Source of the DNA: Patescibacteria group bacterium
GTDB taxonomy: Bacteria; Patescibacteriota; Microgenomatia; UBA8517
Length of the DNA: 64,000 bases
Direction: 5' to 3'
NCBI GenBank assembly: GCA_018823885.1
Contig: JAHJHG010000001.1
Location: 42,439-106,438 of the forward strand
This document shows positions 8,095-18,172 of this stretch, piece by piece. The position numbers and the translations under genes are program-made. A model generated the notes under the pieces. The model made no database searches. It worked only from the letters and a program-made list of their open reading frames with translations, and had not been told where the DNA came from. How positions within the stretch are numbered: the stretch's first letter is position 1; each line of letters begins with the position of its first letter.

Positions 8095-9882
8095 ATGTCA
8101 GAGGTACAAGACAAAAAACTAAATAGTTTATCTAAAAAAGAACAACAACTTTGGGCAATGCGCCACAGTGCCGAGCATGTCTTGACCCAAACAATGTTGA
8201 AACTGTATCCAGGTCTAAAAATGGCCATGGGCCCAGCCACTGAAGATGGCTTCTATTTCGACTTCGACTATGAGGGTAAAATCTCCGAAGATAGTTTCGC
8301 AAAGATAGAGGCGGAGATGAAAAATATTATCAAAAAGGACCTTCCCTTCAAAAAGAAAATTATTTCTGTTTCAGAAGCGAAAAAACTTTTTGAGGGAAAC
8401 GAATACAAGCAAGAATGGCTTGATGAAATTGAAGAACGCAAAGAAAAGGCAACTGTATATTGGACGGCAGATGAGTTCGTAGATTTGTGTGCTGGCCCCC
8501 ATGTATCATCGACAGGAGATATAGGCCCTTTTAAACTCTTGTCTGTTGCTGGTGCTTATTGGCGGGGAGACGAAAAAAACAAAATGCTTACCAGGATTTA
8601 TGGAACCGTATTTCCCACCCAAAAGGAATTGGACAAGTATCTTTCAATGCTTGAGGAAGCCAGAAGAAGAGACCACAGAAAAATAGGCAAAGAGTTAGAT
8701 CTTTTTACATTTTCTGATTTAGTTGGCCCAGGCCTTCCTTTATATACACCCAAAGGAGGAATGTTAAGACTTTTAGTTAATGAGCATGTAGAAAGCATTC
8801 AATCAAAGCAGGGGTATCATCAGGTTTGGACTCCTCAATTTGCCAAAGCAGAACTATTCAAAACATCTGGCCATTACGACAAATACAAAGAAGGTATGTT
8901 TAAGGTTGTTTCTAATCATACAGATGAAGAGTTTTTCCTAAAACCAATGAATTGTCCACAACATACCCAGATATATGCAAGCAAGCCAAGAAGCTATCGA
9001 GAACTTCCACTTAGAATAACTGATTTTGCCATGCTGTATAGAGATGAAAAGCCAGGAGAGTTGTCAGGACTAGCTAGAACAAGAGCCTTTTCCCAGGATG
9101 ATTGCCATGTCTTCTGCAGGGAAGACCAAGTAGATGATGAGATTGACACAATGCTTCAAATGATCAAGGAGGTTATGTCTGTGTATGGATTTAAATATCG
9201 CTACAGGCTTTCAACAAGAGACCCAAAAAAACCAAAAGATTACATCGGCGATCCAAAGACTTGGAAGAAAGTAGAAGAATGGGCAGAGAAAATTATGGAG
9301 AGAAATAAAATTGAACACTTTGATGCTCCGGGAGAAGCTGCGTTCTATGCACCCAAAATGGATCTATTAGCAACCGATTCTCTAGGTCGCGAGTGGCAAT
9401 TATCCACTATCCAGATTGATTATTTCATGCCTGAAAGATTCAAGTTGAAATATGTAGACAAAGACGGCAAAGAAAAAAGGCCAGTCATGCTTCACAGGGC
9501 AATTATTGGTTCGCCTGAAAGGTTTTTAATGGTTTTGATTGAGCATTATGCTGGTGCCTTCCCTGTCTGGCTTTCTCCCGTTCAAGCTAAAATATTACCG
9601 ATTACTGATCGTAATCTTAAATACGCAAAGACAATCGCCGAAGAATTAATGGCTGAGGATATTAGGGTTGAAATCGATGAAAGAAATGAGACTTTACCGG
9701 CCAAGATAAGAAATGCTCAACTTGAAAAAGTTCCCTACATGCTTGTCCTTGGCGACAAAGAAGAAAAAAACAAAAAAGTTTCTTTGCGATTGCGTACAGA
9801 AAAAGATCTTGGTGCAATATCCTTAAAAACATTTATTGAAAGAGTGAAAAAAACTATTGAAGAGAAATCACTAAAGCTGTAA
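8095..9882 (+). CDS. thrS: Threonine--tRNA ligase
   Basis: RHSAEH, DLCAGPH, RDHRKIG, KPMNCP, QDDCH motifs; lacks N-terminal TGS domain; ATG 8095 follows TACAAT. Confidence 0.97.
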   Translation: MSEVQDKKLNSLSKKEQQLWAMRHSAEHVLTQTMLKLYPGLKMAMGPATEDGFYFDFDYEGKISEDSFAKIEAEMKNIIKKDLPFKKKIISVSEAKKLFEGNEYKQEWLDEIEERKEKATVYWTADEFVDLCAGPHVSSTGDIGPFKLLSVAGAYWRGDEKNKMLTRIYGTVFPTQKELDKYLSMLEEARRRDHRKIGKELDLFTFSDLVGPGLPLYTPKGGMLRLLVNEHVESIQSKQGYHQVWTPQFAKAELFKTSGHYDKYKEGMFKVVSNHTDEEFFLKPMNCPQHTQIYASKPRSYRELPLRITDFAMLYRDEKPGELSGLARTRAFSQDDCHVFCREDQVDDEIDTMLQMIKEVMSVYGFKYRYRLSTRDPKKPKDYIGDPKTWKKVEEWAEKIMERNKIEHFDAPGEAAFYAPKMDLLATDSLGREWQLSTIQIDYFMPERFKLKYVDKDGKEKRPVMLHRAIIGSPERFLMVLIEHYAGAFPVWLSPVQAKILPITDRNLKYAKTIAEELMAEDIRVEIDERNETLPAKIRNAQLEKVPYMLVLGDKEEKNKKVSLRLRTEKDLGAISLKTFIERVKKTIEEKSLKL

Positions 9883-9932
9883 TTTTGTAATTGTGGTACA
9901 GCTTTAATAGTGTTACAATTTGTGCGTATAAG

Positions 9933-10562
9933 TTGAGAAGAAAAAATATATACTGGCGAACCAATGAGCAGATACGCGCCCCGGAGGTGAGAGTAATCGG
10001 GAGCGGTGGTAAACAACTTGGAGTAATTGATATCAATAAAGCCCTAGCTTTAGCTAAAAAAGAAGGGCTTGATTTAGTAGAAATAGCTCCATATGCCAAA
10101 CCACCTGTTGCAAGGATCGTTGATATAGGCAAATTTAAATACGAAGAATTGAAAAAGCAAAAAGCTCAGAAGAAAAAGACTAAAGCTTCAGAGCAAAAGG
10201 AAATAAGGTTCTCACCTTTTATTGGAGAGGCAGATTACAACACTCGTTTGATACGAATTAAAGAGTTTTTAGACGATAAAAGCAAGATTAAAGTTGTTGT
10301 CAAATTTAAGGGTAGGCAAATGGGAAGCAAACAATTTGGGTATAAGTTGTTTGAAAGATTACTAGATGATCTAAAAGGCCGTGTCGGTATAGATATGAGT
10401 CCCAAATTTCTAGGAAGACACTTAATTATGATAATATCACCGATTGCAGGGGGAACGAAGAAAAAGGAAAAAGCTTCTCCTAAGCCTAAAGCCAAGGGGA
10501 ATAAGAAAGAAACCAAGAAGGTAACTAAAGAAACTAAAAAAGATGCCAAAACAAAAAACTAG
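9933..10562 (+). CDS. infC: Translation initiation factor IF-3 (non-ATG start)
   Basis: [32 protein letters not shown]; thrS-infC-rpmI-rplT order; start uncertain. Confidence 0.93.
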   Translation: MRRKNIYWRTNEQIRAPEVRVIGSGGKQLGVIDINKALALAKKEGLDLVEIAPYAKPPVARIVDIGKFKYEELKKQKAQKKKTKASEQKEIRFSPFIGEADYNTRLIRIKEFLDDKSKIKVVVKFKGRQMGSKQFGYKLFERLLDDLKGRVGIDMSPKFLGRHLIMIISPIAGGTKKKEKASPKPKAKGNKKETKKVTKETKKDAKTKN

Positions 10563-10743
10563 AAAATCAATCACAAAAAGGTTCAGAGTTACAAAAACAG
10601 GCAAAGTCATGAGAAGGCGGTCATTTGCCCGTCATTTAAATGAAAAAAAGTCTAGTAGCCGAAAAAGGGCCTTAAGAAGAACTGTTGAGACTAAAAAATC
10701 CTATGCCAAAAGAATTAAAAAAGCATTAGGTAAAGGAAGGTAA
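10543..10743 (+). CDS. rpmI: 50S ribosomal protein L35
   Basis: [21 protein letters not shown]; synteny. Confidence 0.95.
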   Translation: MPKQKTRKSITKRFRVTKTGKVMRRRSFARHLNEKKSSSRKRALRRTVETKKSYAKRIKKALGKGR

Positions 10744-10748
10744 TTAAT

Positions 10749-11087
10749 ATGCCAAGAGTAAAAAGTATATCTGCAAAAAGACATAGGAAAGTTAAAAAAG
10801 CCGCCAAAGGCTTTAAACATGCTAGAAGCAGGCGTGTCAAAACCGCTAAAGAAGCACTTCTTCATGCTGGACAATATGCCTTTATTGGAAGAAAACTGAA
10901 AAAAAGAGACTTAAGAAGTTTGTGGATTAAAAGAATAAATGCGGCCGCAAGAGAGCATGATCTTTCGTATAGCAAACTAATTGCCGGACTGATAAAGAAC
11001 AAGATTGAATTAGATAGAAAAATCCTTGCTGATATAGCCGTTCATGATTCAGCAACTTTCAAAAAAATTGTTGACGCTATAAAATAA
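10749..11087 (+). CDS. rplT: 50S ribosomal protein L20
   Basis: RDLRSLWIKRINAAAR, ELDRKILADIA. Confidence 0.97.
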   Translation: MPRVKSISAKRHRKVKKAAKGFKHARSRRVKTAKEALLHAGQYAFIGRKLKKRDLRSLWIKRINAAAREHDLSYSKLIAGLIKNKIELDRKILADIAVHDSATFKKIVDAIK

Positions 11088-11092
11088 CCTTG

Positions 11093-11137
11093 ATGAAAAA
11101 CTTTTTCTCCATCAGTTTTTACTTTAGAATGAAGTAA
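11093..11137 (+). CDS. Phe-rich leader peptide (PheM-like) MKNFFSISFYFRMK
   Basis: 14 codons with 4 Phe; lies between rplT and pheS like E. coli pheM. Confidence 0.75.
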   Translation: MKNFFSISFYFRMK

Positions 11138-11190
11138 TCTGTGGAGATTGGCAAATCTTGTACGCAACTCTCCACTCGGGGAGTTTTTTT
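11093..11190 (+). promoter_or_regulatory. pheS transcription attenuator
   Basis: Terminator AACTCTCC-ACTC-GGGGAGTT-T5; antiterminator GTGGAGATTG pairs with CAACTCTCCAC; TCTCCA in the leader pairs with TGGAGA. Confidence 0.75.
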
Positions 11191-11203
11191 ATAGATAAAG
11201 TAT

Positions 11204-12259
11204 ATGCAAAAAGGAATAGAAAACATAAATAAATTCACTTCCATCATGCTTGATGTTAAAAACGAAGCTTTAGCGCAAATAGTTGATGCAGGAAACATAA
11301 ACGAACTAGAGGAATTAAAAATCGCCTACTTGGGCCGAAACGGTAAATTAACAACATTAATTAAGAAAATTAAGGATCTTTCCATTAGTGAAAAAAAGCA
11401 AGCAGGAGGCTTAATAAACGAAGTCAAAAATACAATCCTCGATGCCCTCGCCACTCAAAAGAATACTCTAAAGGAATCAGCCAGGGACTGGTTTGATGCA
11501 AGCATACCTGGCAAGAAGCCCACAATCGGACACCTGCATCTAATCACCCAAGCAATTCGGGAAATCAGCAGTACTTTTGAAAAAATAGGCTTCGTCAGAG
11601 TAAGATATCCGGAGGTTGAATGGGATTGGTATGCTTTCGAGTCTCTTAATATACCCAGGGATCACCCTGCACGAGACGACTGGGAAACATTCTTTATTGA
11701 TACGCCACCGCATTCCAAATATGGTCTAATGGTATTAACACCCCACACATCCTCTGGGCAAGTTCGAGAAATGATGAGAGTCAAGAAACCTCCGATACGC
11801 ATGCTAAATATTGCTAAAAACTATCGGAGGCAATCAGATGTTAGTCATGTTCCCATGTTTCATCAGTTTGAAGGCTTGGTGATAGATGAGGGAATATCAG
11901 TTGCTCATCTTAAAGGCACCTTAGATTACTTCGCCAGGAATTTTTTTGGCAAAGATAGGAAAACCAGATTAAGACCCCACCATTTTCAATTTACGGAGCC
12001 TTCATTTGAAGTGGATATCAGTTGCGGTGTCTGTAAGGGTAATGGGTGCAAGCTCTGCAAGGAAGGCTGGCTCGAACTCGGAGGCGCCGGAATGGTTCAC
12101 CCGAATGTACTAAAAAACGGGAAAATTGATCCCAATAAATATACCGGCTTTGCTTTCGGTTGGGGAGTAGAAAGAACATTTATGATGAAAGCTGGTCTTG
12201 AAATAGGAGATATAAGACTTTTATACAGTCCTGATTTGAAATTTTTAAGGCAATTCTAA
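11204..12259 (+). CDS. pheS: Phenylalanine--tRNA ligase alpha subunit
   Basis: HPARD, FHQFEG, FQFTEPS, WLELGGAGMVHP, GFAFGWGVER. Confidence 0.97.
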   Translation: MQKGIENINKFTSIMLDVKNEALAQIVDAGNINELEELKIAYLGRNGKLTTLIKKIKDLSISEKKQAGGLINEVKNTILDALATQKNTLKESARDWFDASIPGKKPTIGHLHLITQAIREISSTFEKIGFVRVRYPEVEWDWYAFESLNIPRDHPARDDWETFFIDTPPHSKYGLMVLTPHTSSGQVREMMRVKKPPIRMLNIAKNYRRQSDVSHVPMFHQFEGLVIDEGISVAHLKGTLDYFARNFFGKDRKTRLRPHHFQFTEPSFEVDISCGVCKGNGCKLCKEGWLELGGAGMVHPNVLKNGKIDPNKYTGFAFGWGVERTFMMKAGLEIGDIRLLYSPDLKFLRQF

Positions 12260-12260
12260 A

Positions 12261-14213
12261 ATGGATATTATCGTTTCCGACAACTGGCTGAAAGATTATC
12301 TTAAAACAACCGCTTCGCCTAAAGCATTGGCTCGAAGTTTGTCTCTATCCGGTCCCTCTGTAGACAAAATAGAAAGAGGGAGTGGCGACTTCCTTTACCA
12401 TATCGAAATCACCACAAATAGAGTTGATACAGCTGGTATTTACGGAATCGCCAGAGAAGCAGCCGCAATATTGCCAAGATTTAAAATACAAGCCAAGTTA
12501 TTACCCCTGAGAACAAAATCAAAACAGAGCTTTGCTCGTAAAGTTAAATACCTGGATGTAAAAATCGACCCCAAGCTTTGTCTGCGCTTCGCCGCGGTTC
12601 TGATCAAAAATGTAAAGATAAAACCATCGCCGGACTATATAAAAGAAAGGCTGATGGCCGTTGGGGAGAGGCCCATCAACAACATTGTTGATATTTCCAA
12701 CTACATCATGCATGAAATTGGCCAACCAGTTCACACCTTTGACTACGATAAAATTCGAGGTTCAAAAATGATATTAAGAGCAAGCAAGAAAGGTGAAAAA
12801 CTAACCACCTTAGACGGAAAAACTCACCAATTGCCGGGTGGAGATATCGTTATTGAAGACGGAGAGGGAAGGCTTATTGATCTAGCTGGAATAATGGGAG
12901 GACAAAATAGTGCTGTCGATTCCAGTACGAAAAACGTACTCCTTTTTGTGCAAACATACAATCCAGTCAATATCAGGAAGACATACATGAATTTGGCTCA
13001 AAGAACCGAGGCGGCCGTGCTATTTGAAAAAGGCTTAGATACTGAACTTGTCGGCCTAGGAATAAAACGGGGAATTGACCTTTTTGTTAAGCTAACTGGT
13101 GGCAAACCTGAAAATACAGTCCTTGATATCTATCCTAAGCCATATAAAGCAAGAAGAGTTATAACAACCCTTACGTTTTTTGAGAAGAGACTTGGAATTA
13201 AATTATCAAAAAGTGAAATCTCAAAATATCTGAACCTTCTTGGATTTGAAACCTCGTGGAATGGGAAAAAACTTGAAACCCTAGTTCCTTCTTTTCGAGC
13301 CAATGATATATTCTTAGCCGAAGACATTTTGGAAGAGGTAGCCAGACTTTATGGATACCACAATCTGCCAAGCAGCCTCATGACTGGCGCCATTCCTGAC
13401 CCATTAGTAGATGCTCCGTTTGATTTTGAAGACAACATTAAAAACTTGCTTTCAGGCTGGGGAGGGGTAGAAGCCTATACTTTGTCTACAGTACCCGAAA
13501 GTTCAGTGGAAACAGGAGCACTCAAGTTAAAAAACCCTTTAGGAAAAGAATCTTCTTTTATGAGAACTTCGCTTATGCCTTCTCTTATTAAAGCTCTTAA
13601 GGAAAACACCGGCGAGAAAGAACCCTTTCACTTGTTTGAAATAGCCAACGCCTATCTTCCAAGAAAAAATATGTTGCCCGATGAAAAAATGATCCTCGCC
13701 GGCATATTTGCGAATACTAATTACAGAGAAGCCAAAGGTATCATTGAAGCACTCCTCGAAAAATTGAATGCCGATGTTAAGTTTGTTGTAGAAGACGGAA
13801 AAGTATTTTCGGCCTCAAAAAGAAGTATCATTAAATCAAATAATGTAAAAATTGGACAACTAGGTGTTTTGGAAGAAAGTTCGATATATTATGAATTTGA
13901 TTTAGGTCTTCTAAAAAAAATAAGTTTAGCAATTACCCCTTATACAACCATCCCGAAATACCCTGCACAAATTGAGGACATGACACTTGTACTCCCTTCA
14001 AAAACGAGGATAGGAGAAGTTGCTGCTTTTATAGAATCCGCTCATAAAAATCTCGTTAAAGTAGAGCTAGTTACAATCTACAAAGACTCGCACACATTCA
14101 GATTATGGTATCAACATCCGGAAAAAACTCTTAATAACAAGGATGTAGAAATAATAAGAAACAAGGTTGTTAGTGGCCTGAGAGAAAAATTTGGAGCAAG
14201 GACAAAGGACTAG
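12261..14213 (+). CDS. pheT: Phenylalanine--tRNA ligase beta subunit (short form without B2 OB domain)
   Basis: EITTNRVD, INNIVDISNY, DLAGIMGG, DILEEVARLYGY; follows pheS. Confidence 0.95.
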   Translation: MDIIVSDNWLKDYLKTTASPKALARSLSLSGPSVDKIERGSGDFLYHIEITTNRVDTAGIYGIAREAAAILPRFKIQAKLLPLRTKSKQSFARKVKYLDVKIDPKLCLRFAAVLIKNVKIKPSPDYIKERLMAVGERPINNIVDISNYIMHEIGQPVHTFDYDKIRGSKMILRASKKGEKLTTLDGKTHQLPGGDIVIEDGEGRLIDLAGIMGGQNSAVDSSTKNVLLFVQTYNPVNIRKTYMNLAQRTEAAVLFEKGLDTELVGLGIKRGIDLFVKLTGGKPENTVLDIYPKPYKARRVITTLTFFEKRLGIKLSKSEISKYLNLLGFETSWNGKKLETLVPSFRANDIFLAEDILEEVARLYGYHNLPSSLMTGAIPDPLVDAPFDFEDNIKNLLSGWGGVEAYTLSTVPESSVETGALKLKNPLGKESSFMRTSLMPSLIKALKENTGEKEPFHLFEIANAYLPRKNMLPDEKMILAGIFANTNYREAKGIIEALLEKLNADVKFVVEDGKVFSASKRSIIKSNNVKIGQLGVLEESSIYYEFDLGLLKKISLAITPYTTIPKYPAQIEDMTLVLPSKTRIGEVAAFIESAHKNLVKVELVTIYKDSHTFRLWYQHPEKTLNNKDVEIIRNKVVSGLREKFGARTKD

Positions 14214-14230
14214 TCAGCCTTTGTATGCCC

Positions 14231-16810
14231 TCATGGAGCAGCAGTGGGGATGGGTGTAGGAGAAAAATCCCAGGTGACGTTAACTCCGATTGTAATCGTT
14301 CTATCTGATTCCTTCCCTTTTTCGTCTCTTGCCTTGGCCCTTAGTTTATGTACCCCATCTGCAAGATCCACTTCGTGTTTAAAAGGTGGACCCGTAAATG
14401 TTCTTACCTTAGTTCCATCAACCTCAAGTTCGATTTGAACAATATTGGCTGTAGAGTCGGCCCGAACTTCAATTGTGAATTTGTTCGGCAAATTTGAAGA
14501 TCTGTCGGTAGGATTTACAAATTCAACGTTTACAGGATTTGATGTGCCACAATAGTCGGATGGGGGGTGGTACCGTCCATCCCCTTGAGAGGATAACCAT
14601 TCATTGATTCCTTCTTGCCAACGGTTAGTACCTCCTGAACCGGCCGTAGGGTCTTCTTCCTTAAATACAAAATATTCCTTTTCATCATAATTGCCAGCGG
14701 CAACATCACTTGGGGTTGCCAGTTTCCCATCAGTCTTGCAAACCTTCAACTTAGCATGGATCGGATCTTCTCCAGGTTCCGTTCCTTTAATAAATTGTTC
14801 TATCCTTGAAGGAAAGCCATCATGAGCTCTATAACCCGATATTGTGTCAACAGCCGCAGTTATAATTCCTGAAGGAACCTCCGGGCTAGTATTAGATTTT
14901 CCTTGAAGTGCGGCCATAACTATCCTTCTCCAAATAGGGGAAGCACCGGTTACTCCCGAAGCAACTTGAAGCATCGGTGAGTTATCATTATTACCCACCC
15001 AAACACCAACCACAGCCTGTGGACCTCCGCCTACAGTCCAATTGTCTCTCTTGTCGTTTGTTGTTCCGGTTTTTACAGCAATGTCGCGGCCAGGAATATT
15101 GAGAAGTGAATTTGTCCCGAAAATCTCAGTTCTCGCACTGTTATCCGATAAAATATCAAAAATCATATATGCTAACTCCTCTGAAATCACCCTTTTCCCC
15201 TTTTCGGGTTCATGTTCCTCCAGTACCTTACCATCCTTATCTTCTACTTTAAGTATGCCAACAGGCTCAACTACATGCCCACCATTCATAAATGTAGAAT
15301 ATGCCCCAGTAAGTTCTAGCAGTTTTACTTCACCACCGCCAAGCGTCAAAGAAAGACCTACTTTGTTCATCATTTCATTGGTAGGCTTAAGAGAAGTAAT
15401 TCCCAAATCATAGGCAGTTTGCAAGGTATCTTTTATCCCCACAAGGGCAAGCACTTTTACGGCAGCAACGTTAATCGAATTGCCTAGGGTGTACCGCAGC
15501 TGCATTGGACCTCTATATTCACCGTCATAATTGACTGGCTCATAATCAGGTTGGCCAATGCCACCCGGAAAAGTTGTTGGCACATCCATGATAAGCGACG
15601 AAGCAGTGTATCCTTCCTTAAACGCAGTAAGGTAGGTAATTGGCTTAATTGCAGAGCCGGGCTGTCTTAATCGAGTCGTGACATTTACTTGACCATCAAT
15701 GTCAGGGTCGCTAAATCCGCGCGAACCAACCATGGCGAGGATTTCTCCCGTTTCAGGGTCCAAAACAACAGCTGCTCCATTAGAAATCTTAAGTCCTGTT
15801 ACTTTATCTATTTCTTCTTTAACCGTATCTTCTGCACTTTCCTGAAGTTCCAAATCAAGAGTGGTGGTCACCTTCAAGCCACCTTGTTCAACTACATTTT
15901 CTCCATATCTATCTTCTAGAATTTTCTGTACATATTGAACAAAATGCGGTGCTTTAAAACTTGCTCCACGTTCTTGAAATTTCACATTCTCAATTTCACC
16001 TAAAGCTGACTCCTCTTGTTCCTTTGTAATATAGTCATCCTCTCTCATTCTCCTTAGCACCTGCTCTGTTCTACCTATATATGCATCCGGAGTTGAAGAA
16101 TATGGGGAATATGCGGAAGGTCTTTGCGGCAGTCCCGCCAAAATTGCCGATTCAACTAAGTTTAAATCTTTTACTTTTTTGCCATAATATGTTTCAGCGG
16201 CAGTTTCAACACCGAAGGCCGTCCCACCATAGGGAACCTCGTTTAAATACATTTTAAGTATCTCGTCCTTCGAATATTTCCTTTCGATTTGAATCGATAA
16301 TAAAAACTCCCTGACTTTCCTAAAAATTGTTCTCTCCGGAGAAAGCAATGCGTTCTTGACAAGCTGCTGTGTTAATGTTGAGCCACCTTGAATTCTGCCC
16401 CGAAAAACAATATTAAGTATTGCTCTAAAAAATCCTGTAGGGTCAAAGCCTTTGTGTTCATAGAAGTTCTTATCTTCAATGGCAATCGTGGCCTGCCTTA
16501 GAAAAAGAGGAATATCGTCCAGTTCAACAGGAGTTCTTCTTTCGTCGACAAAAATATCATATAAAACTTCGCCATTTCTATCTAAAATCTTTGTCGAGAA
16601 ACCGTCCCTTCTTACAATTTTATCTGGGGAGGGGAGGTTAAAGGCAAATAGGGGAATGGCAATAAACGAAATAACCAACAAGACAGCAACACCAATAAAT
16701 GCATATCTAGACCAAAGGGCAATCTTTTTACTTTTAATTACCCTTTGTGAACGCAAGCCAGTTGATCGCCTCAACCTTCTTCTATTTAAAGTCCGTTTCC
16801 ACCTTGCCAT
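14231..16810 (-). CDS. Class A penicillin-binding protein (PBP1A family) with C-terminal Ig-like domain
   Basis: EDKNFYEH, GGSTLTQQLVKN, SAIK (SxxK), SIN, KTG motifs. Confidence 0.95.
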   Translation of the reverse strand: MARWKRTLNRRRLRRSTGLRSQRVIKSKKIALWSRYAFIGVAVLLVISFIAIPLFAFNLPSPDKIVRRDGFSTKILDRNGEVLYDIFVDERRTPVELDDIPLFLRQATIAIEDKNFYEHKGFDPTGFFRAILNIVFRGRIQGGSTLTQQLVKNALLSPERTIFRKVREFLLSIQIERKYSKDEILKMYLNEVPYGGTAFGVETAAETYYGKKVKDLNLVESAILAGLPQRPSAYSPYSSTPDAYIGRTEQVLRRMREDDYITKEQEESALGEIENVKFQERGASFKAPHFVQYVQKILEDRYGENVVEQGGLKVTTTLDLELQESAEDTVKEEIDKVTGLKISNGAAVVLDPETGEILAMVGSRGFSDPDIDGQVNVTTRLRQPGSAIKPITYLTAFKEGYTASSLIMDVPTTFPGGIGQPDYEPVNYDGEYRGPMQLRYTLGNSINVAAVKVLALVGIKDTLQTAYDLGITSLKPTNEMMNKVGLSLTLGGGEVKLLELTGAYSTFMNGGHVVEPVGILKVEDKDGKVLEEHEPEKGKRVISEELAYMIFDILSDNSARTEIFGTNSLLNIPGRDIAVKTGTTNDKRDNWTVGGGPQAVVGVWVGNNDNSPMLQVASGVTGASPIWRRIVMAALQGKSNTSPEVPSGIITAAVDTISGYRAHDGFPSRIEQFIKGTEPGEDPIHAKLKVCKTDGKLATPSDVAAGNYDEKEYFVFKEEDPTAGSGGTNRWQEGINEWLSSQGDGRYHPPSDYCGTSNPVNVEFVNPTDRSSNLPNKFTIEVRADSTANIVQIELEVDGTKVRTFTGPPFKHEVDLADGVHKLRAKARDEKGKESDRTITIGVNVTWDFSPTPIPTAAP

Positions 16811-16896
16811 AATATATAGTTATTGTAGCAAAATACTGCACATCATTAAATTAACAGGCTTTGACCAAGCAAGTTTTGCAGGATAAAATAGATATC

Positions 16897-18042
16897 ATGT
16901 CCGAGAAAGACAAAGAAATTGAAAAGGTATTAACAAGAGGTGTGGCCAATATTTTACCCACCAAAGAAGGATTGGCTTCCCTGATGGCCAAAAAGAAGAT
17001 AACTCTCTATCAAGGATTCGACCCTTCCAGTAAAAATCTTCACATCGGTAATTGGATTGGCATAAGAAAGCTTGCTCAGTTTCAACAATTGGGACATCAA
17101 GTAATATTTCTGATTGGTGATTTTACAGGGATGATCGGCGACCCAACGGATAAAAGCGCTGCAAGAAAAAAAATGAGCAAAGAGCAGGCCCGCAAAAATG
17201 CAAAAGAATACACTCAACAAGTAGGGAAAACTTTAAAGTTCACAGGATCAAATGCCGCCAAGGTTCTATTTAATTCTGAGTGGCTGTCAAAACTTTCCTT
17301 TGAGGAAGTGGTCGAACTTGCCTCCAATTTTACAGTTCAACAGATGCTCGAACGCGACTTCTTTCAAGATAGAATTAAGAAAAACAAACCCATTCATCTT
17401 CATGAGTTTTTCTACCCACTAATGCAGGGCTATGACTGCGTCGCTATGGACGTTGATTTGGAAATAGGCGGAAGTGACCAACTATTTAATATGCTTGCCG
17501 GCAGAAACTTAATGAAAGCTCTAAAGAATAAAGAAAAATTTGTTCTTACAATGAAATTGCTAACAGATCCATCGGGTGAGAAAATGGGTAAAAGCGAGGG
17601 AAACGTAATAAACATTAACGACACTCCAAACGACATTTTTGGACAAATTATGGCTCTTCCGGACAACTTACTTGAATTGGGTGTAGAGCTATTAACAGAC
17701 CTTCCTTTGGAAACCCTCAAGAAAAAACCTTTGGTTGTTAAAAATTTACTTGCCTATGATGTCGTTGAGCAGCTCTACGGCAAACAGGCAAAGCCATCTC
17801 AAGAATATTTTGATACGACCTTTAGAAAAAAGTCACCGGAATATAAAACAGCTATTGAAAAGGGCATGCTGGTCCAAGTGCTTGTCAAAGCTTCTGGCTA
17901 TAGTGCCTCTGAAGTAAAGAGACTTATTGCGGCAGGTGCGGTCGACATAAACAGCCGAACTATTAAAAATCCATCAATCATGTTAAAAGGCGGAGAAAAA
18001 ATTAAGTTTGGTAAAAAAGATTTTTATATTGTAGAAAAATGA
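16897..18042 (+). CDS. tyrS: Tyrosine--tRNA ligase
   Basis: GFDP, HIGN, KMGKS, C-terminal S4-like domain; ATG 16897 after TTGACC-N17-TAAAAT. Confidence 0.96.
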   Translation: MSEKDKEIEKVLTRGVANILPTKEGLASLMAKKKITLYQGFDPSSKNLHIGNWIGIRKLAQFQQLGHQVIFLIGDFTGMIGDPTDKSAARKKMSKEQARKNAKEYTQQVGKTLKFTGSNAAKVLFNSEWLSKLSFEEVVELASNFTVQQMLERDFFQDRIKKNKPIHLHEFFYPLMQGYDCVAMDVDLEIGGSDQLFNMLAGRNLMKALKNKEKFVLTMKLLTDPSGEKMGKSEGNVININDTPNDIFGQIMALPDNLLELGVELLTDLPLETLKKKPLVVKNLLAYDVVEQLYGKQAKPSQEYFDTTFRKKSPEYKTAIEKGMLVQVLVKASGYSASEVKRLIAAGAVDINSRTIKNPSIMLKGGEKIKFGKKDFYIVEK

Positions 18043-18143
18043 TGGTCACCAAAAAACAAAAAAAGCTCTTTACATTTCTCATAATCTTGGCTGGAGTAGC
18101 TCTTCTCGCTAGTTCACTTCTTCCATTGCTATACGCCTTTTAA
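18042..18143 (+). CDS. Small single-TM protein, 33 aa (MVTKKQKKLFTFLIILAGVALLASSLLPLLYAF)
   Basis: Overlaps the tyrS stop (ATGATG); basic N-terminus then hydrophobic helix. Confidence 0.6.
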   Translation: MVTKKQKKLFTFLIILAGVALLASSLLPLLYAF

Positions 18144-18172
18144 TATATTTGAGTGTAATATTGAATTGTCTT

